Shown here: piece after piece, positions 14,093-28,370 of the stretch | Layout of the letters: every line of letters begins with the position of its first letter | Numbering within the stretch: the stretch's first letter is position 1 | Assembly: GCA_964035545.1 (NCBI GenBank) | Contig: OZ037767.1 | Span: 24,258,628 to 24,322,627 of the forward strand | Direction of reading: 5' to 3' | DNA: 64,000 nt | Source: Bugula neritina | Taxonomy: Eukaryota; Animalia; Bryozoa | The notes under the pieces: generated by a model | Told to the model about the DNA's origin: nothing | Database searches by the model: none | The model's input: only the letters and a program-made list of their open reading frames with translations | Program-made: the position numbers and the translations under genes

Positions 14093-14763
14093 TTATAGAG
14101 GATTGTGAAATTCACTACAATATTATCTAGTATTTGGAGTTCACTCAGAAATGTCAACAAAAATTCATGATTTTCATTTAACTTGCTTTTTCTTCCAATT
14201 ATAATTTGAGTTAGAACAATGAGCTCTTTAATGACTTTAATTTAAATATAATATAACTCGATTGCCTAAAGTACCATAAGCAGTTCCCAATACCAACCTG
14301 TTCTCAATAATATAGTAGTACTGAACTGCCCCAGAGCTACTGGGGCAAACACACCTCCAAACCATCCTAACTTTTTGTTGTTATCAGCTTGCAGGAAACC
14401 ATCAGTACTGCAAAACATTCCAAATACTCAGACTTTAACCTGACAATCTGAATACGAATAGTATTATATAATACATTGTATAGTGCATGTTGTATGATAA
14501 ATAATAAATAATATAATATATATTTTATAATATATACATAATATATACCATATTATGTATATATTATAATATATCTGATATCATAATATATCATATCTTG
14601 ACATAAACTAAAAAATTGTGAACTCTTTAAAAATTTATGGTGAAAATAATGTTATAAAATTCAAGTTAAAGTTTACAAAACACTGAACTACTTCTTTGCA
14701 AGTTTAATATTGTTGCAGTACACATTGAATTAACTGTTTGCTTTCTTGGTTTTTACAGTTCAG

Positions 14764-15082
14764 TGTTACCAATGGCCTTTAGACCTACCCTATGAGAGCT
14801 TCCTCATCTTCTGGTCTCTGTTTAATATCCCTGGACCGATGGTAGCTGATAGTCAGTTGTTGAGAGCCTTCATAAGCTGTATTTACATTTCTGCACTGAT
14901 TGTTTGCCATTATAAATAGTATGTGTGTGCTGGTAGCAACACTCAACCTACAGACAGTGAGTTAGCTGAACTGTGTGCTCTATAAATTTCACTGCATATT
15001 TATCTGTTTTTCTATTTCAAGATGTATATTACAAATAAAATATATATTTCAATTTGCGCAAATTTTGAAGTTTCAGCTTACA
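14764..15082 (+). mobile_element. Possible solo LTR remnant
   Basis: TGTTA...TTACA ends with TATAAATA and AATAAA inside; no TSD found. Confidence 0.3.
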
Positions 15083-17040
15083 GCTCTTATATATATTAAT
15101 TGACTTTTGCGCCTAATTATAGAGAATAGGCTTTTATAACACTAACAAAAACACCAGCTAGTATGTTGCTGATGCTAATGCTATATCTTACAATCTTAGA
15201 TATATAATTAAGCATACATGCAATTAATATCTATAAGAGTTGTAAGCCATGAAGTTTCATATAATCACCAAAACGCACTTTCACCAACTATACACTTTAA
15301 TACAGCGCCAACTAAATAGTTTTGTGGAATCAACTATTTGGCAGGCTACAATGTACCAAGTATATACTAATAATATATATCAAAGAATGTCCTATCTAGC
15401 CTATTTCAAAGCAAATGCTATACAAGAACTTTCAAAAGTTTATTTAATGACATTTAAATGCAAAGGGCAACCTCTGCATATAAATAATACATTCATTATA
15501 TAGGCCTACTCTACTCTACACGCTACTAATAGTGTTTTAACATGATTATATTATATTAAAATCATTAACATTAGTTAACTGATTGAAGATTACTTCTAAA
15601 TTATATAGCTATTACAGCTGATACTGCTACTATAGATGACAGTTCAGAGTGCTCATTAAACTTGAAAATATCAATCTAATTTCTTCAATATACTATATAT
15701 TATGATATACGATCATTTAACATAAAAAAGACCATATGATTAGCTACTGATTTACATGACACACTTGAGTTTTTCAGCACCTAGACAGTAGATGTAGACG
15801 CAGACAAAAGTATACATAACTTTGCACTCACCTATGCAAGATACTCCAACAAGAAACTCCTTTAATTGACACACTTGTGCAGAGATGTGCAGCGAAACTT
15901 TGTAACCAATTACTAGAGAGTATCTACACTACATTTACATCTATTCTGTTTGTAACCATTGACTAGAGAGATTTGTTTATCATGATCACTGCTGAATTTC
16001 AGGAGATACTAGTACATTGTTATAACTTCATAATCAAATGCATAGTGCAGTAGCACATCCAAAACTGATAAGATTGTGTTAATCAAAGTTCATAGTTATT
16101 CCATGTTGATAGATATTGCAAGAATAAAACTAAATTTCATGTTTTCAATTTTTGTTAGTAAATGCAAATAAATCACGTGCAAAAAAAAGTTAAAACAAGC
16201 TGGAACACTAAAGGCAAATTGCAAGATATTAGCTCCATATAATATTATATGAATGCATTGAAGTAGATTGCTTAGTTTACAACACGGAGTTGTCCCTTCT
16301 TTATTATGCTCCCCCAATGCTGTAAAATTGTTTAAAGCAAATTTATCAAGCCAAAATTTATGGAAAAGATAACTCATCACAACTTGAAACTATCATGAAA
16401 GATGGAGATTTACTCCGCTTTGTAGTATTGTTGCTGACAGAGCAATGTGGATATGAGAAGATAACTCTACCTTGCTACTCATTATGCTTACACCAATACA
16501 TGTGGACAATTAATAAACTATTCACTAATAACAAATTGATAGAACTAAGTTTACATAGTTTGAATTAGGGTGAAACTCGTGCTAAGAGCAAGCAGTATTG
16601 TTTATATAATTTAAATATATACGTATATAAACAACTATAAACATGTAAGCAGCACAGCATTGGTTGAGTATTAGATTAGCATAGAATAAAAACATTTCTA
16701 ACATAAAACTATGATATACTTAAAATGTATAGTGAATTGGACTAAAAATACATGAATATGGGCTTCTACATGCATAATAAATTCCAATATGTATAAAAAA
16801 GAAAAATAGTGCTATAACAAATATGAAAATTTGTACAATCTATGATTGTTTAAAAGGGTTTCTTAGACATTTATATAAATTATAGCAAGCAGCTTGATAA
16901 AACATATTATATTAAAATGGCAGGCAACAAGGAATAGAAATATTTTAAGCAAAAACTGATGAGAAATAAGCTGAGAAATATTTGAGCATCAAATACCATA
17001 ATAGAATGAGATGTAAGTAAAACACAATACATGTTTTAAT

Positions 17041-20000
17041 TTACTCAACAGAAAACTTATAGCTTGTGGTATGGTGGTACTGCTCCCCTGGCCTCAGAAC
17101 ACAGCTTGGGAAGTTAGGCTACAATTTAATCAGATTCAAGAACTGAAACACATGTTTCTAATTAACATTTCTGATTGTTTGACTAATAGCTCTAAAGTCT
17201 AACCAATACAAAAATCACCATTAGTCTACATTGACTAGAGACACAACAGTAAAATTTCACTAAACATAATCTAGACACAAAACAGTGTCTGGTATTTGAG
17301 GTCAAGTTTGTTTATATCATAAATCAAGGCAGTTCACATTCCAACAAGTTTCATGAGAGAAATACCAACAGCTATATATGTCTAACTTTTACAACATTTC
17401 TAACTAGTACAGTTCAAAGAAAATACATTCCGTCATGCAAAAATTAGCCCAAGGGTCAAGAGGAAAATTTGGCTACAGAAACTTTAAATTTGAAAAGGTA
17501 TTGCAACAAATTTGGCAGTCAACGCAAAGACTAATCTCGGAGATTTAAAAAGGGTAAGAAATGGACTCATGCTCGCATTACTTCCTGAACTTACTTTATT
17601 TGGAGAGTCAGGATAGTGTTGAGTTTCCAGACAAAACGCAGAGTATGGCCCATAGTGATGGCCACTTTTACCATCTGCATTTAAATAGTAGCCTGTGTAG
17701 AACTGCACACCAGGTTGGGTGGTGTGCACTTCCATAACTCGGCCACCCGCAGTAACTCTACCAAAGTAAACAATGGTAGTCAAAGTCTATACACATGATG
17801 TGACATTTTATAGTATGTGACAGCCTATCAAGATAAAGAAATGATCTCAGAAAAACTTATACAATTATGTATCTTTTTATTTTGTTGGCTGAGAAACAGT
17901 CTATATTAATTAAATGCTGTCACTTTAGCAAAGAAAATCTCTGTAATATAAGCAATTATAAAATGTCTGTAAAAAATGCATTACAAATATCTCTTACCGT
18001 CCAACAAATCTCATCTCTCCAGTTTGACCCTCCACTACAAAGTTATGATCATAGCCCTAAAATCATAATGAGTTTGTAACACAAATTCTAACACAAGCAG
18101 ACACTAATATTTTACACCGAATTCGCTCTGAGAAATTGTCACCATAGGATTGATTAAAGTCCAATCTACTCCACACACTACTTCAACAAACGTAATTTCC
18201 ATCTCACTCTATCACATAGCAACTTTTCATCACAACATAAGTTGACAGTACTGTGGGTTTGGCAACTGCAAACTGTTAAGACTCAAATTTCACAATAAGA
18301 GTCAGTAAACAATGTATTTTCAATTACTTAGAGCTTCCAATGGATGTTTCCAAAACTCTATTAGCAGCTTAATTTAAAAGTAAAACTTTTTAAAAATAAA
18401 TACAATTGCAATAAAATAACTGAAAGCATACTAATCTGCTTTTAGTAGTTGTATTTGCAATGAAACTTTAGCAAAAATAATTAATTTTAACCCAAAAATA
18501 GAATTATCAAAACTCCAAGAGGCTAGATAATGCCAGCATACACTCATCACTGCCTCAGTCTGTACTGCTGTGTATTTACTAAAGACAAGCTGTTCTAACC
18601 TGATTATCTATAGATGCTAACAAGTCTTGCGTCAAAACTGTAGATGATCGAAGGTCAAAGTTAGTGTCAGTTACTGAAGTTATCTCCCCTGTAGGAATGC
18701 TGACATCGTCTTTAGGCGTGTACTCATTGCAAGCAAGTTGTATCTTATGTGAGAATATGTTTCCTGTAGCCTGAGAAACAAATGGAATAAACCGCTTTCA
18801 ATGGCATGATTGTAGAACTTAAATTATTCGAGTCCAGTGGGTAAAGGTTTGCTCAAGGTGAGTGAAAAAACTGTGGACAATGACACCAGTTCTACTGAAC
18901 CCGGTGAGTATTATATCATTTCTCCAGTGACATAGTATATACGAATAATAAAATATCACAATTTTAGTATCCGCTAGAAGTATAACACAGCTATATATCT
19001 TAATTTGAAAATGTTACAGCATTATAGGCAGCTGCCTGTTGAATTTAAAATTGTATTTTAATGGTGGCCATTTACTACCCTTTAAAAGTTACGATTCTAC
19101 AGTTTCTATAATAAACGCTGACTACAACTACTAATTTATCTTTAATTCATAAAAAACAAAACTAAAAATAATCACAAAATTCTAATTATAAACACTTGGA
19201 TTCCATGAATTGAGTATGAATAAAAACAGCTACTTGAAAACACAAAACCAAATTAACAAAGTCATATCTGCCAGAAGTTCTAGCTGACAGCATTTGCCAA
19301 ACATTTGACCAATGACAGTCTTTGCTAACTATCTTCTCCACCTGACAGGTGAGAAAAGCCTGTGTTTTAAAATAAAAATGTAACAAAAGAAGTAATCTTT
19401 TCTCGGAGGATTTTAACCCGGCCCCAAAACAAAATTTAATAAAAGAATAAGAAACTTAGGCTATAAAGATTTCTCCACCACAACACCTAAAGAACAAATA
19501 AAAAGTCACAAACAGGTTTCTAAAGTTGATGAATTAACATTCAGAAGTTGTACCATGAAATCAATTTGGTCGTGTATGTAACTCTAAAGCTGTATTTACG
19601 CCATCAAAAAATTTCTGCAGATTTTAATAAAACAAGAATGTAATTAGACAAGCCAACTTTATCAAGTAGAATACAAACAGTGGACGCATTATAAACCCCT
19701 GTAACAGCCATACCTCTCCCTCTAAGTTAAAGTAAGCGTGATTGGTCAGGTTCAGAATAGTTGGCTTGTCTGTAGAAGCTTCGTAGTCTATCACAAGTTC
19801 TGCGTTTTCAGTGACCTCATAAGTCACCTTGACCTTGAGTTGGCCGGGATAACTCTCTTCACCATCAGCACTGGTGTATGTCAGAACCAGCTTGTTATCA
19901 ACTATCTCATGGTCCCAGTTTTTCTACAAGATAAGCAAGATATTTATTGAACATGAGTTGCTGTCCTAAATTAAATTGAAGTCAGCAAGTAAACTTTGAG

Positions 20001-21847
20001 TAGAGTTACATAACACTGTAGCTGCCTCCTACATGCAAAATAAAAATAATGCAAAGCTCTTGCAAAACAGCTAAAACTGAAAAAAGTTGCTGAAAGTTGG
20101 GTACCTATTAGCAGATGTCTGAGATCCAGAAAGATACACAAGTCATTGTTTTCTCATTTCAGAACAAGATGACAGCATGACATGTATCTTGTATAAACAA
20201 GCAAGCATTCCAAATGCCCAGGTAAAACAATGTATGCAATACATAACACCAAAATACAGCTTTTACAACAAACTGCTAATAGCGCAAACATTTTTAAAGC
20301 TGTATTCAACTGTAGAACTTGAATAAATAATCTAAGAATACAGTATTATGACAGGAAATAGAATTTTTCATTGACTTGAAATCTGAAATTGTTATCAAAA
20401 ATGTCTTCTGACCAAATAGTTTATAATACAGGATATACTATGATAATTGAGGCTTCAAGCTTTCAAATGAGATTTTTCATTACTTTAACAAAGAGTATAG
20501 TCACCATATATGTGAGAACCCCCCCCCCCCCCCCCCCCCGATGGTAAGCATTTTTAAAATCGGGCTAAAGATTTATTCAGATGTGACACAGGAGTAATTA
20601 TGACTGAATGCTCTTCCTAACATCACCACCGGTGTTTGGACTTAAACCATTGACCCTGTGTTACACTAGGCCAGTGTTCCATCCACTAAACGCAGCGCCT
20701 CCCTTATGTTATAAAATATAGCCGATATTACACTATAAACTCACATTAGAAACTGATAGTCATAGTGACACACACCTTATCAAACCCTGAAAGCCCGCCA
20801 TGTAAATGATTTGGTCCATTATTCACTGCCAGCTGGTAACTAACACCATCAAGGGAAAACTTTCCATTCGCTATACGATTTGCAAATCGGCCAACCAGTG
20901 CACCGAAATAAAACTTCCCGTACTCTACAACAACAGTATGTCATGAAATGAAACCCATTTTGAGTTCTGAAACTATACTCTAAAGGCTGCCACTAATTAG
21001 TTTGGCAGCCATTCATTAAATTTAGGGTTTAACACAATATTTCTCATGAACTTTCATTCAATTACTAAATAATTATCTGGTTTAGAATTAAAGCAAGAGC
21101 CAACCTTGAGGAGTGTCATACCCTAGGGTGACATCTATTACTTCTCCCTGATTATTTGGAGCAAGAATACTCTGTATTACACCACCCAGAGAGTAAATAA
21201 CAACTTCTACACCACCACCGCACAGCTTATACCTACAAATATCCTTTGTTTCATCACAACACAGCATATTAGTTGAAACAGAAAATATCGAATTTTTAAG
21301 ATGAAATAGAAACTTGCTAAAAATTGCACAAGTTATAATTTATGCTGCACTATTTTATATTGAAATCATTATACTGATACAGTTTGGGTTCTAATTCTAG
21401 TTTGGTTTGTTGTAACACTGGGCTTAACCGTTATGGCAAATTAAATTAATTTATTAATTAATTGCTTACAATTTAAGTTGAGAACTGAAATTGAGGCTAT
21501 ATCATAACTTAGATAATACTACTTTGAGTAGCCATAAATGATAAATGCATTTAGTATCCCACAAGGATGAGAACTATGACTATCACAATGGCGGATGACT
21601 ACTATGACTATGGTAAGAACAACACCATACTTGTTTTGAGTCTTAAATTATTACGTTAGGTTTATAGTTTAATTTTTCATTTATTATTATATAACTCGTG
21701 TCCATTGCCACCTATAGCAAACCTAAAGATAAATGATCCAGTATGATTATGAGTATGTTCAAACTTGTGAATGAGTTCTAGTTTTACTCACTGAGCAGTG
21801 TTATCTTCCCACAGTTTCACCAATGAAATGGTTGCTGCAGATGCCAT
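17041..21847 (-). CDS. GALM: Galactose mutarotase / aldose 1-epimerase, canonical paralog, 337 aa, 8 coding exons
   Basis: Exons 21792-21847, 21105-21232, 20776-20924, 19714-19923, 18600-18770, 17998-18056, 17595-17757, 17041-17118 (1014 nt). Motifs [50 protein letters not shown] all intact. Confidence 0.95.
19350..19489 (+). mobile_element. MITE family A, copy 2 (diverged, left end degraded)
   Basis: gagaaaagcctgtgttttaaaataaaaatgtaacaaaagaag...aaacttaggctataaagatttctccaccacaacaccta. Confidence 0.65.
20595..20699 (-). mobile_element. Degenerate tRNA-derived SINE with GGAAGAGCAT core
   Basis: Minus strand reads GGCGCTGCGTTTAGTGGATGGAACACTGGCCTAG...GGTTTAAGTCC (A/B-box-like), then GGTGATGTTAGGAAGAGCATTCAG. 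Confidence 0.45.
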
Positions 21848-23519
21848 AACTGATCCTGATAAAAATTACCAACTACAATATAAATAAGCAAAAGGCTAGT
21901 GGCTAATGCTAAAAGTAATAGCAAATGTATGACTGCAATTTTTATTGTAAATCAAGCAATTGATCAAATTAAGGTCAAGGGCGTGAGCTTTAGCTAGCAA
22001 AAACTGTAACTAAGTGAAAATCTAATGGTTAATGAGTTATCCCCGTAATATTGTTTAACAGTCACAGTAATTGTAAAACTAAGTGTGATTGCTACCTGAA
22101 ACTGACAGTAAAACTCAAACTGAAATAGTAAAATGAAAACTACTCGAAGTAAAACTGAAAGTAAAATTAAAACTTAAATCATTCACAATTATTATAATCT
22201 ATAAATATTGCCAAAAATACAGAAGGTACAAAAATTCAAAATTTGCACAGTGGTTAAAGCTTATTTTACTTGTACCAGTATAACAATACAATAACTATAA
22301 AATTGCTTATAACAGTTACAAAAGATCAACCTTAATGAGCGCCGACTCTGAGCAAGTTGCAAAAGTGTAGCTGAGGTTTCATAATTTTAAAAGATGTTAT
22401 ATCGAGGCAGGCTTGCGCATCTCCAAAATTTAGAAGCTTTATGTAGGTTTCAATCCAAGGTTATTATACTAGCGATGCCATTCTACCCTTTATAGTAGGC
22501 GTGCCCTGTTTCCTTCAAAAATTCATATTTACTTACAATGTGCAATCTACATACTTCTAAAACTTGATAATTGAGAGAGGTAGATGTCTGGATTTACATG
22601 AATTGTTGCATAGAGGAGCTTGTTAAAATAATCTTAGGAAAACCCATTTAGTTTGCCATTTTATTAAAAAATAGTTATGAGTAATATTATATGGTATGAG
22701 CCTAAAAATTGTTTTTAACATCTAACAAACCTGTGTTTGCACTAATGAAATTTGGCCAACAATAAGAAAGTTTTTAAAAAACTACACTTTCGCTAAAAAT
22801 GAAAAAAAAATGAAGCTAGTTCTCCTGAAACTGTGAAAAGACTATGGGCTTGTAAAAAACAGTTTCTTGCTCAATCATATACTGATTTGTCAGCTGTAAT
22901 ATGGTAGCCACTGGACATTTGCATTAACTTTTGACATTTTAAAAAGCAAATTAAAAATTTTAGTTTACTATTGTTTGCATGTACACTATGATCATAGATA
23001 GAGTTTGAATTTGAGCCAAGGCATAGGTTTAAAATGTCTACATTTACAACTATATAACATCGATATTATAATATATTGTCACAAATTGAATATAGCCTAC
23101 TGCATATTTTCCCAATGTTTTTATTTTTCTTACAAATTGTTGAGAAATACAGCTGTAAAAATATATTTAAGTAATAATGATTTGAAAGCTTCAAAGAAAG
23201 AAAAATAAATCAAAAGTACATCATTAATGAAATATTGCAGTTTCCACTACATGTACAATTTATTAGAGTTGAGTAACATACATATAATAGTCAATATAAA
23301 AAGTGTACTTTAAATTGAATCTAATGAGAATTATAAATTCTAGCAGAACAAAACAATAGAACATAGTAAGCTCAAAAATCGCTTATGATGATCAAAGCAA
23401 ATTATGTATATTCTAAAATTTAGCCATCAAAATATTATAGCAGCTACTAGCTTCTTGTTAATGAGTGAATGTCAAAATCGGACGTGCATTGTGTTAGCAA
23501 GTACTTTTACTTGCTAGCA

Positions 23520-26500
23520 CTATTCCATTAGGAACTGATACCAGGTTGTGTCGCTGTATACCTCACCTGGTCTCAACACAGCTTGTGGGAATTGAGGCTG
23601 TAAAACAAACAAAAACATTTTATCAACTTATTAATCACTCAGCAATTATATAGAAAATAAAAACAAAGCAGTTAAGGTCTGCCCACATGAAGAAAAATTT
23701 CACATGTAAAACCTCTTTCGGAGTTACCTGCTACACACAATACTTTGACAGTTGGGGTCAAACTTCAGTGGCAAATTGTATTTGCCCACAGTTTGACTAC
23801 AAACTATTTTATTTAAAATCTCAATAATGCATAATAGACCGTAATAAAAGAACAAAAGGAATAAAAATAGACCGAGAAAAGCGGAATCACTAAGCAGTAC
23901 TGAGACAATTAGATCACCGCCTATAAGAAAATCTTCCAGTAATCGTTCAGCATGTTAATTGCACAAAACAGCCCTATTATGCTCTATGTGGCAAAACCTC
24001 AAGTAATTTAATAACTGTGGAATAATTAGCAGTATAATTTCAAGAGCTACCTTATTAGGAGAATCAGGGTATGCGTTGGGAAAAAGGCACATTGCAGAGC
24101 ATCTGCCGTAAGTAGCACCATTCTTGCCTTTTGGAACAGAGAGGGCATATCCTGTGTAGAAGTGCAATGAGGGGTGAGTGGTGTACATGTCCAGTATTCG
24201 TCCATCTGCACTCACCCTATAAATCACCAAGTTATACATACACCTAAATCAGAGTCAGCTACACATATATATACCAGCAGGCATGCACATATACACATAT
24301 AACATATGCATGCATTATATATATATACACACACGCACGAACGCACGCACACATGATAACATCCCGGTGACAATGAGCAACTAATCAGGGTGATATAAGT
24401 CAACTTTTTTAATTGACTGAGGTACATGGGTTAAAAATATTACATAAATGGTGCTTAAAACAATCGCCTGCATTGTATGTCCCTTCTAACTAAAACTTAC
24501 TGGCATACCTTCCAACATAGTTCTTACAGCCTTGTTTACCTTCTATAATGTAATTTCTATCAAAACCCTAAAAAACACAAAAGTATCACAAAAAGTGGAA
24601 ACATGTAAACAAGTATATGGTGAATACACACAGTGTCGTTAGTCAATACGATTGCTTCTGCTAAGCATGCAGCAAGTGCATTAGATTTTGGTAAAACTTG
24701 AGCTAGCTTCTGGTTCAACTTCCCTTTGACAAAAATGAAGCTGTAAAATAAATCATGTGATGATCAAATGTTTAATAGGATTGTCATGTAACAAGACATA
24801 GTGCCTTTATACTGCGTAGGTTATTGGCACACACTCAGTCTAAACTTGCTTACTATTTACATCTAAAGTATCATAGTCGTCACTGTTGAGTAGCTCCTGA
24901 GTCAGCAGCTTCCCTTGTCTCATGTCAGCATCTTTACCCTCCACCGACTCCACGTGACCATACGGAATCTTTGTGCCATCCAATGGTGTATATTCAGAGC
25001 ATTTCAACTTGACAACATGATTGGATATGTCTCCTTTACTCTAAAACATAAAAACAAGGTAAAAGCTTCAAACCTAATGCGATATTTCATATAATTACAT
25101 TAAAAATTAAGTCAGTTGTGTGGACACAGTAACATATTGACACAATGGCCTGCAGAGTAATAGGTAATATGTACTATAGAGCACCAGTTTTTAGCTCCAT
25201 ACATTCATCTCTGGCTCTACCATTTGACATTTTATTTCTAGCACAATGTGCATTGTATTTTTGGCGATTTCATGAGACGTAAATTTGCATGTACACTAGA
25301 AATTTTGCAACAAAAATGGCACAGATTGAAATTTCATATAAATATTTATAAAAAACAAACTTCAGAATTTCAAGAAGATGAAGTCTTACAGCTTTTTATG
25401 CAGCCTCATTTTTAGTAGATATTAGTAGCATGAGTTATTGCCTCTGTTTAATACAAAGCAGATGCATCATAAACCAACACACAAATCACTCAGCTAAATA
25501 AAACTACTTCTCAGCATAATTACAATTTAAAAGACCTAAGTTTATGAGCTAAACTACTGGAAAATTATACACCAACAGAAAATACTAGTAAAATACGCAC
25601 ATGGCCCTGCAGGTTAAAGAAGGCATGATTTGATAGGCTGACAATAGTCGGTTTGTCTGTGACGGCGGAATAATCCACGATGATTGTTGCGTCATCAGTG
25701 ACCTCATATGTGACCTTTGCCTTCAGTGTACCTGTCGTTAAAATAATATAATACTATGATATAATAATATAATAATAGCATAATATTATATTTTAAGTGC
25801 ATTCTAAACTATATATAAGAGCATAGCATATTCCAAGTTATAATTGACAGTTGTAATAAGGGTTATAGAGTAGAAAATGGCTCAATCCTAGGCTAGAAAT
25901 ATAAAGTTGATAACAACTGACTGAATGCATAATATATAAAGAACTGCTCATAGGCTACCACATATTTGCCAGTGTAGCTGTAACATGAATAAACACTAAG
26001 TGTGAGACATAACCAGCATACAACAAAGGGTTTCTGGCTCACCTGGGAAATTCTCTTCTCCATCAACACTGGAGTAAGTTAGAATTAACTTACTCCCACA
26101 TACTTCATACTCCCAAGGTTTCTGTGATAACAATAGGTTCAGTATTTTAAAAAGTGAGTCATGAGTGACAATAATGACATCCTAATTATATTATGACATC
26201 CTATTATATTACTTTCATAGACTGAAAATTTTCTATAAAAAAAACTACAATGAGCACTCATTCATATCAACTGTAGAAATAGTATTTATAGTAGTACAAG
26301 TGAAATGGCTCAAATAGAACCAACATCTACCTGGTCAAATCCAACAAGACCTCCGTGAACATAGTTTGGCCCATGGTTGATATTTAGTTGGTGTTGTTTA
26401 CCATCAAGTGTGAATTTGCCATTAGCCACCCTGTTTGAATATCTTCCAATAATACCGCCAATGTACTGCGCTCCATATTCTACAAACATATAACCGTTAA

Positions 26501-27005
26501 CACATGCATGTGTAGTTTATAACATTGATATGCATTTATTATGCATATAATATACGAGCCTTGCACGATACAAAACTCAATCAAGTTTTGCTTGCCCTAA
26601 TTTTTTTGTAATATAGAAGGAATTAATAATTGTTAAATCTCCTAAATACAGATGAAATATGTCTAACTTGCAATAACGTAACATATGGTAAGATAAAATT
26701 TGCAGCACACCTTGAGGAGTGTCATACCCAAGTACAACGTCTGCTAACTCTCCATCTTTATTGGGAACTTTGATGCTCTGTATAATACCACCTAACGAGT
26801 ACACAGTCACCTCAATGCCGCCACCACTTAGCTTGAACCTGGATCAAACCAGGCTAATAATCTCACCTGACTGTATACTTGGTGAACGCTAATGAAACTA
26901 TGAAAGAAGAGATTTATTTGAGGAAGTGGCATGGAGTAGAGCTACGCCTACTTACTCAGTGGTACCATCATCCCATTTCTTTACTATCTTCACTGCTTCA
27001 CTCAT
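23520..27005 (-). CDS. GALM: Galactose mutarotase-like paralog lacking the catalytic Glu, 339 aa, 9 coding exons
   Basis: Exons 26956-27005, 26711-26838, 26331-26479, 26043-26121, 25601-25731, 24861-25040, 24509-24567, 24051-24216, 23520-23597 (1020 nt, open). GRYSNRVANG, VHGG, SNHAFFNL, GFDRN retained; CLETQ replaced by CLFPN and VQFYTG by LHFYTG. Confidence 0.92.
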
Positions 27006-28149
27006 ACTGTTTTTAACCACCTCTTGTATGTTATGGCCTTGGAGACAGCTGCCACTATGAATACAATTCAAATAATCAAAACTATATAGTCACAGCCTTT
27101 CTATACATTTTGCTATAAATAGTAATACTCCATAGCAGCACTACCTAAATTTACAGTAAAAGTTAAAGTTAGAGTACTGCATGAAATAATAAGCTTACCA
27201 GCTTGATCACAGAGGTACATGTAATGCTTATAGGTTTGTAATGCAACATGGGACATGGGGTTTATTTTTCAACATGAGGTTTTGAACTCTTTATAAACAA
27301 AGCATGACCCATCAATGTTCTTTCTGCTGCTATCCCTTAGGGCTTAGACTAGACATCCTACTAGTCCAATGTGTGTATACAGACACCTTTTAGGTCAAGG
27401 GTTAATTTACACAATTGCACAATGTATATAAACATGAGCATTCATTGTGTAACTACTGCAACATCTAATTAGTCATTACTAATTTATAATAAATACTAAT
27501 TTATAATAAATACACAACTAACTTGGATTACTAATAGACTATTATTGCAATGACAATATTGATACAATCCAATGCATTATTTGTGTAGCACCAACTATAT
27601 CTGTTAGGTTTAACTTGAACTAGTATTACTATTAGTATTAATATAACTATACATTGCATATAAATTAAAATATTCTTCATTTACAATTACTCAGTCTCAT
27701 ATTCATATTGATATTATTGAAATTTATTATTGATACATTAATATTTTAATTTAAATATGAATGTAAATAATACTACTAATAGTAATAGTAATACTAATAA
27801 TAATATTTCACTAATATAATAAATAATGATAATTATAGTTGGAAACACATACATTTACGTTATTATTAGTATAAAATTTGATATTCATGTTGCTGTTGAA
27901 TATAATTATTGATAACTACTAAAATTAAAAATAAATTAAAATGGGAAAATCAAAATCAAAATGAAAATCAAAATGAAAGTGAAACTGAAAGTGGCTGTTG
28001 ACTGTTGTTATTTTTGCAATACACTTATAGTTACAGTTATAGTTACTGCTACACAACTCAATTCTGCCATTCAGCCATGTTATGTACATCATTATGATAA
28101 CTTCTAATGTTGAATCAGTGTTGGTAACATGTGAAAAAGCAAAACATGT

Positions 28150-28370
28150 CTTACTTAGGCTTTATTATTTTTTCTACTACTACTCATACACGCAGTGTTA
28201 CAAGTTGATGGTTACTTAGAGTTGTCCTTTCACAACATCGTGTTTTGGTTTACTAGCCTAGTACCGCTGCCAATAAGCTGAGAGGTGAAAATCGAGAGTG
28301 GCGCGTGTAGTACCCGCACAGTTAATTTTTTTTGAAACCTAGAACTAACATTTCAAGATGGCAGCGCCCA
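28150..28370. promoter_or_regulatory. CpG-enriched probable (bidirectional) promoter region of PAK1IP1 / GALM-like gene; YY1-like CAAGATGGCAGC over the ATG
   Basis: Local CpG cluster (gtggcgcgtgtagtacccgc); head-to-head gene arrangement. Confidence 0.4.

Noticed and set aside
23520-27005. Calling the divergent GALM copy a pseudogene
   Set aside because: No stop, frameshift or broken splice site across nine exons despite strong divergence.
17041-27005. A single two-domain GALM fusion gene
   Set aside because: Each copy has its own ATG exon and stop codon (23520 and 17041).
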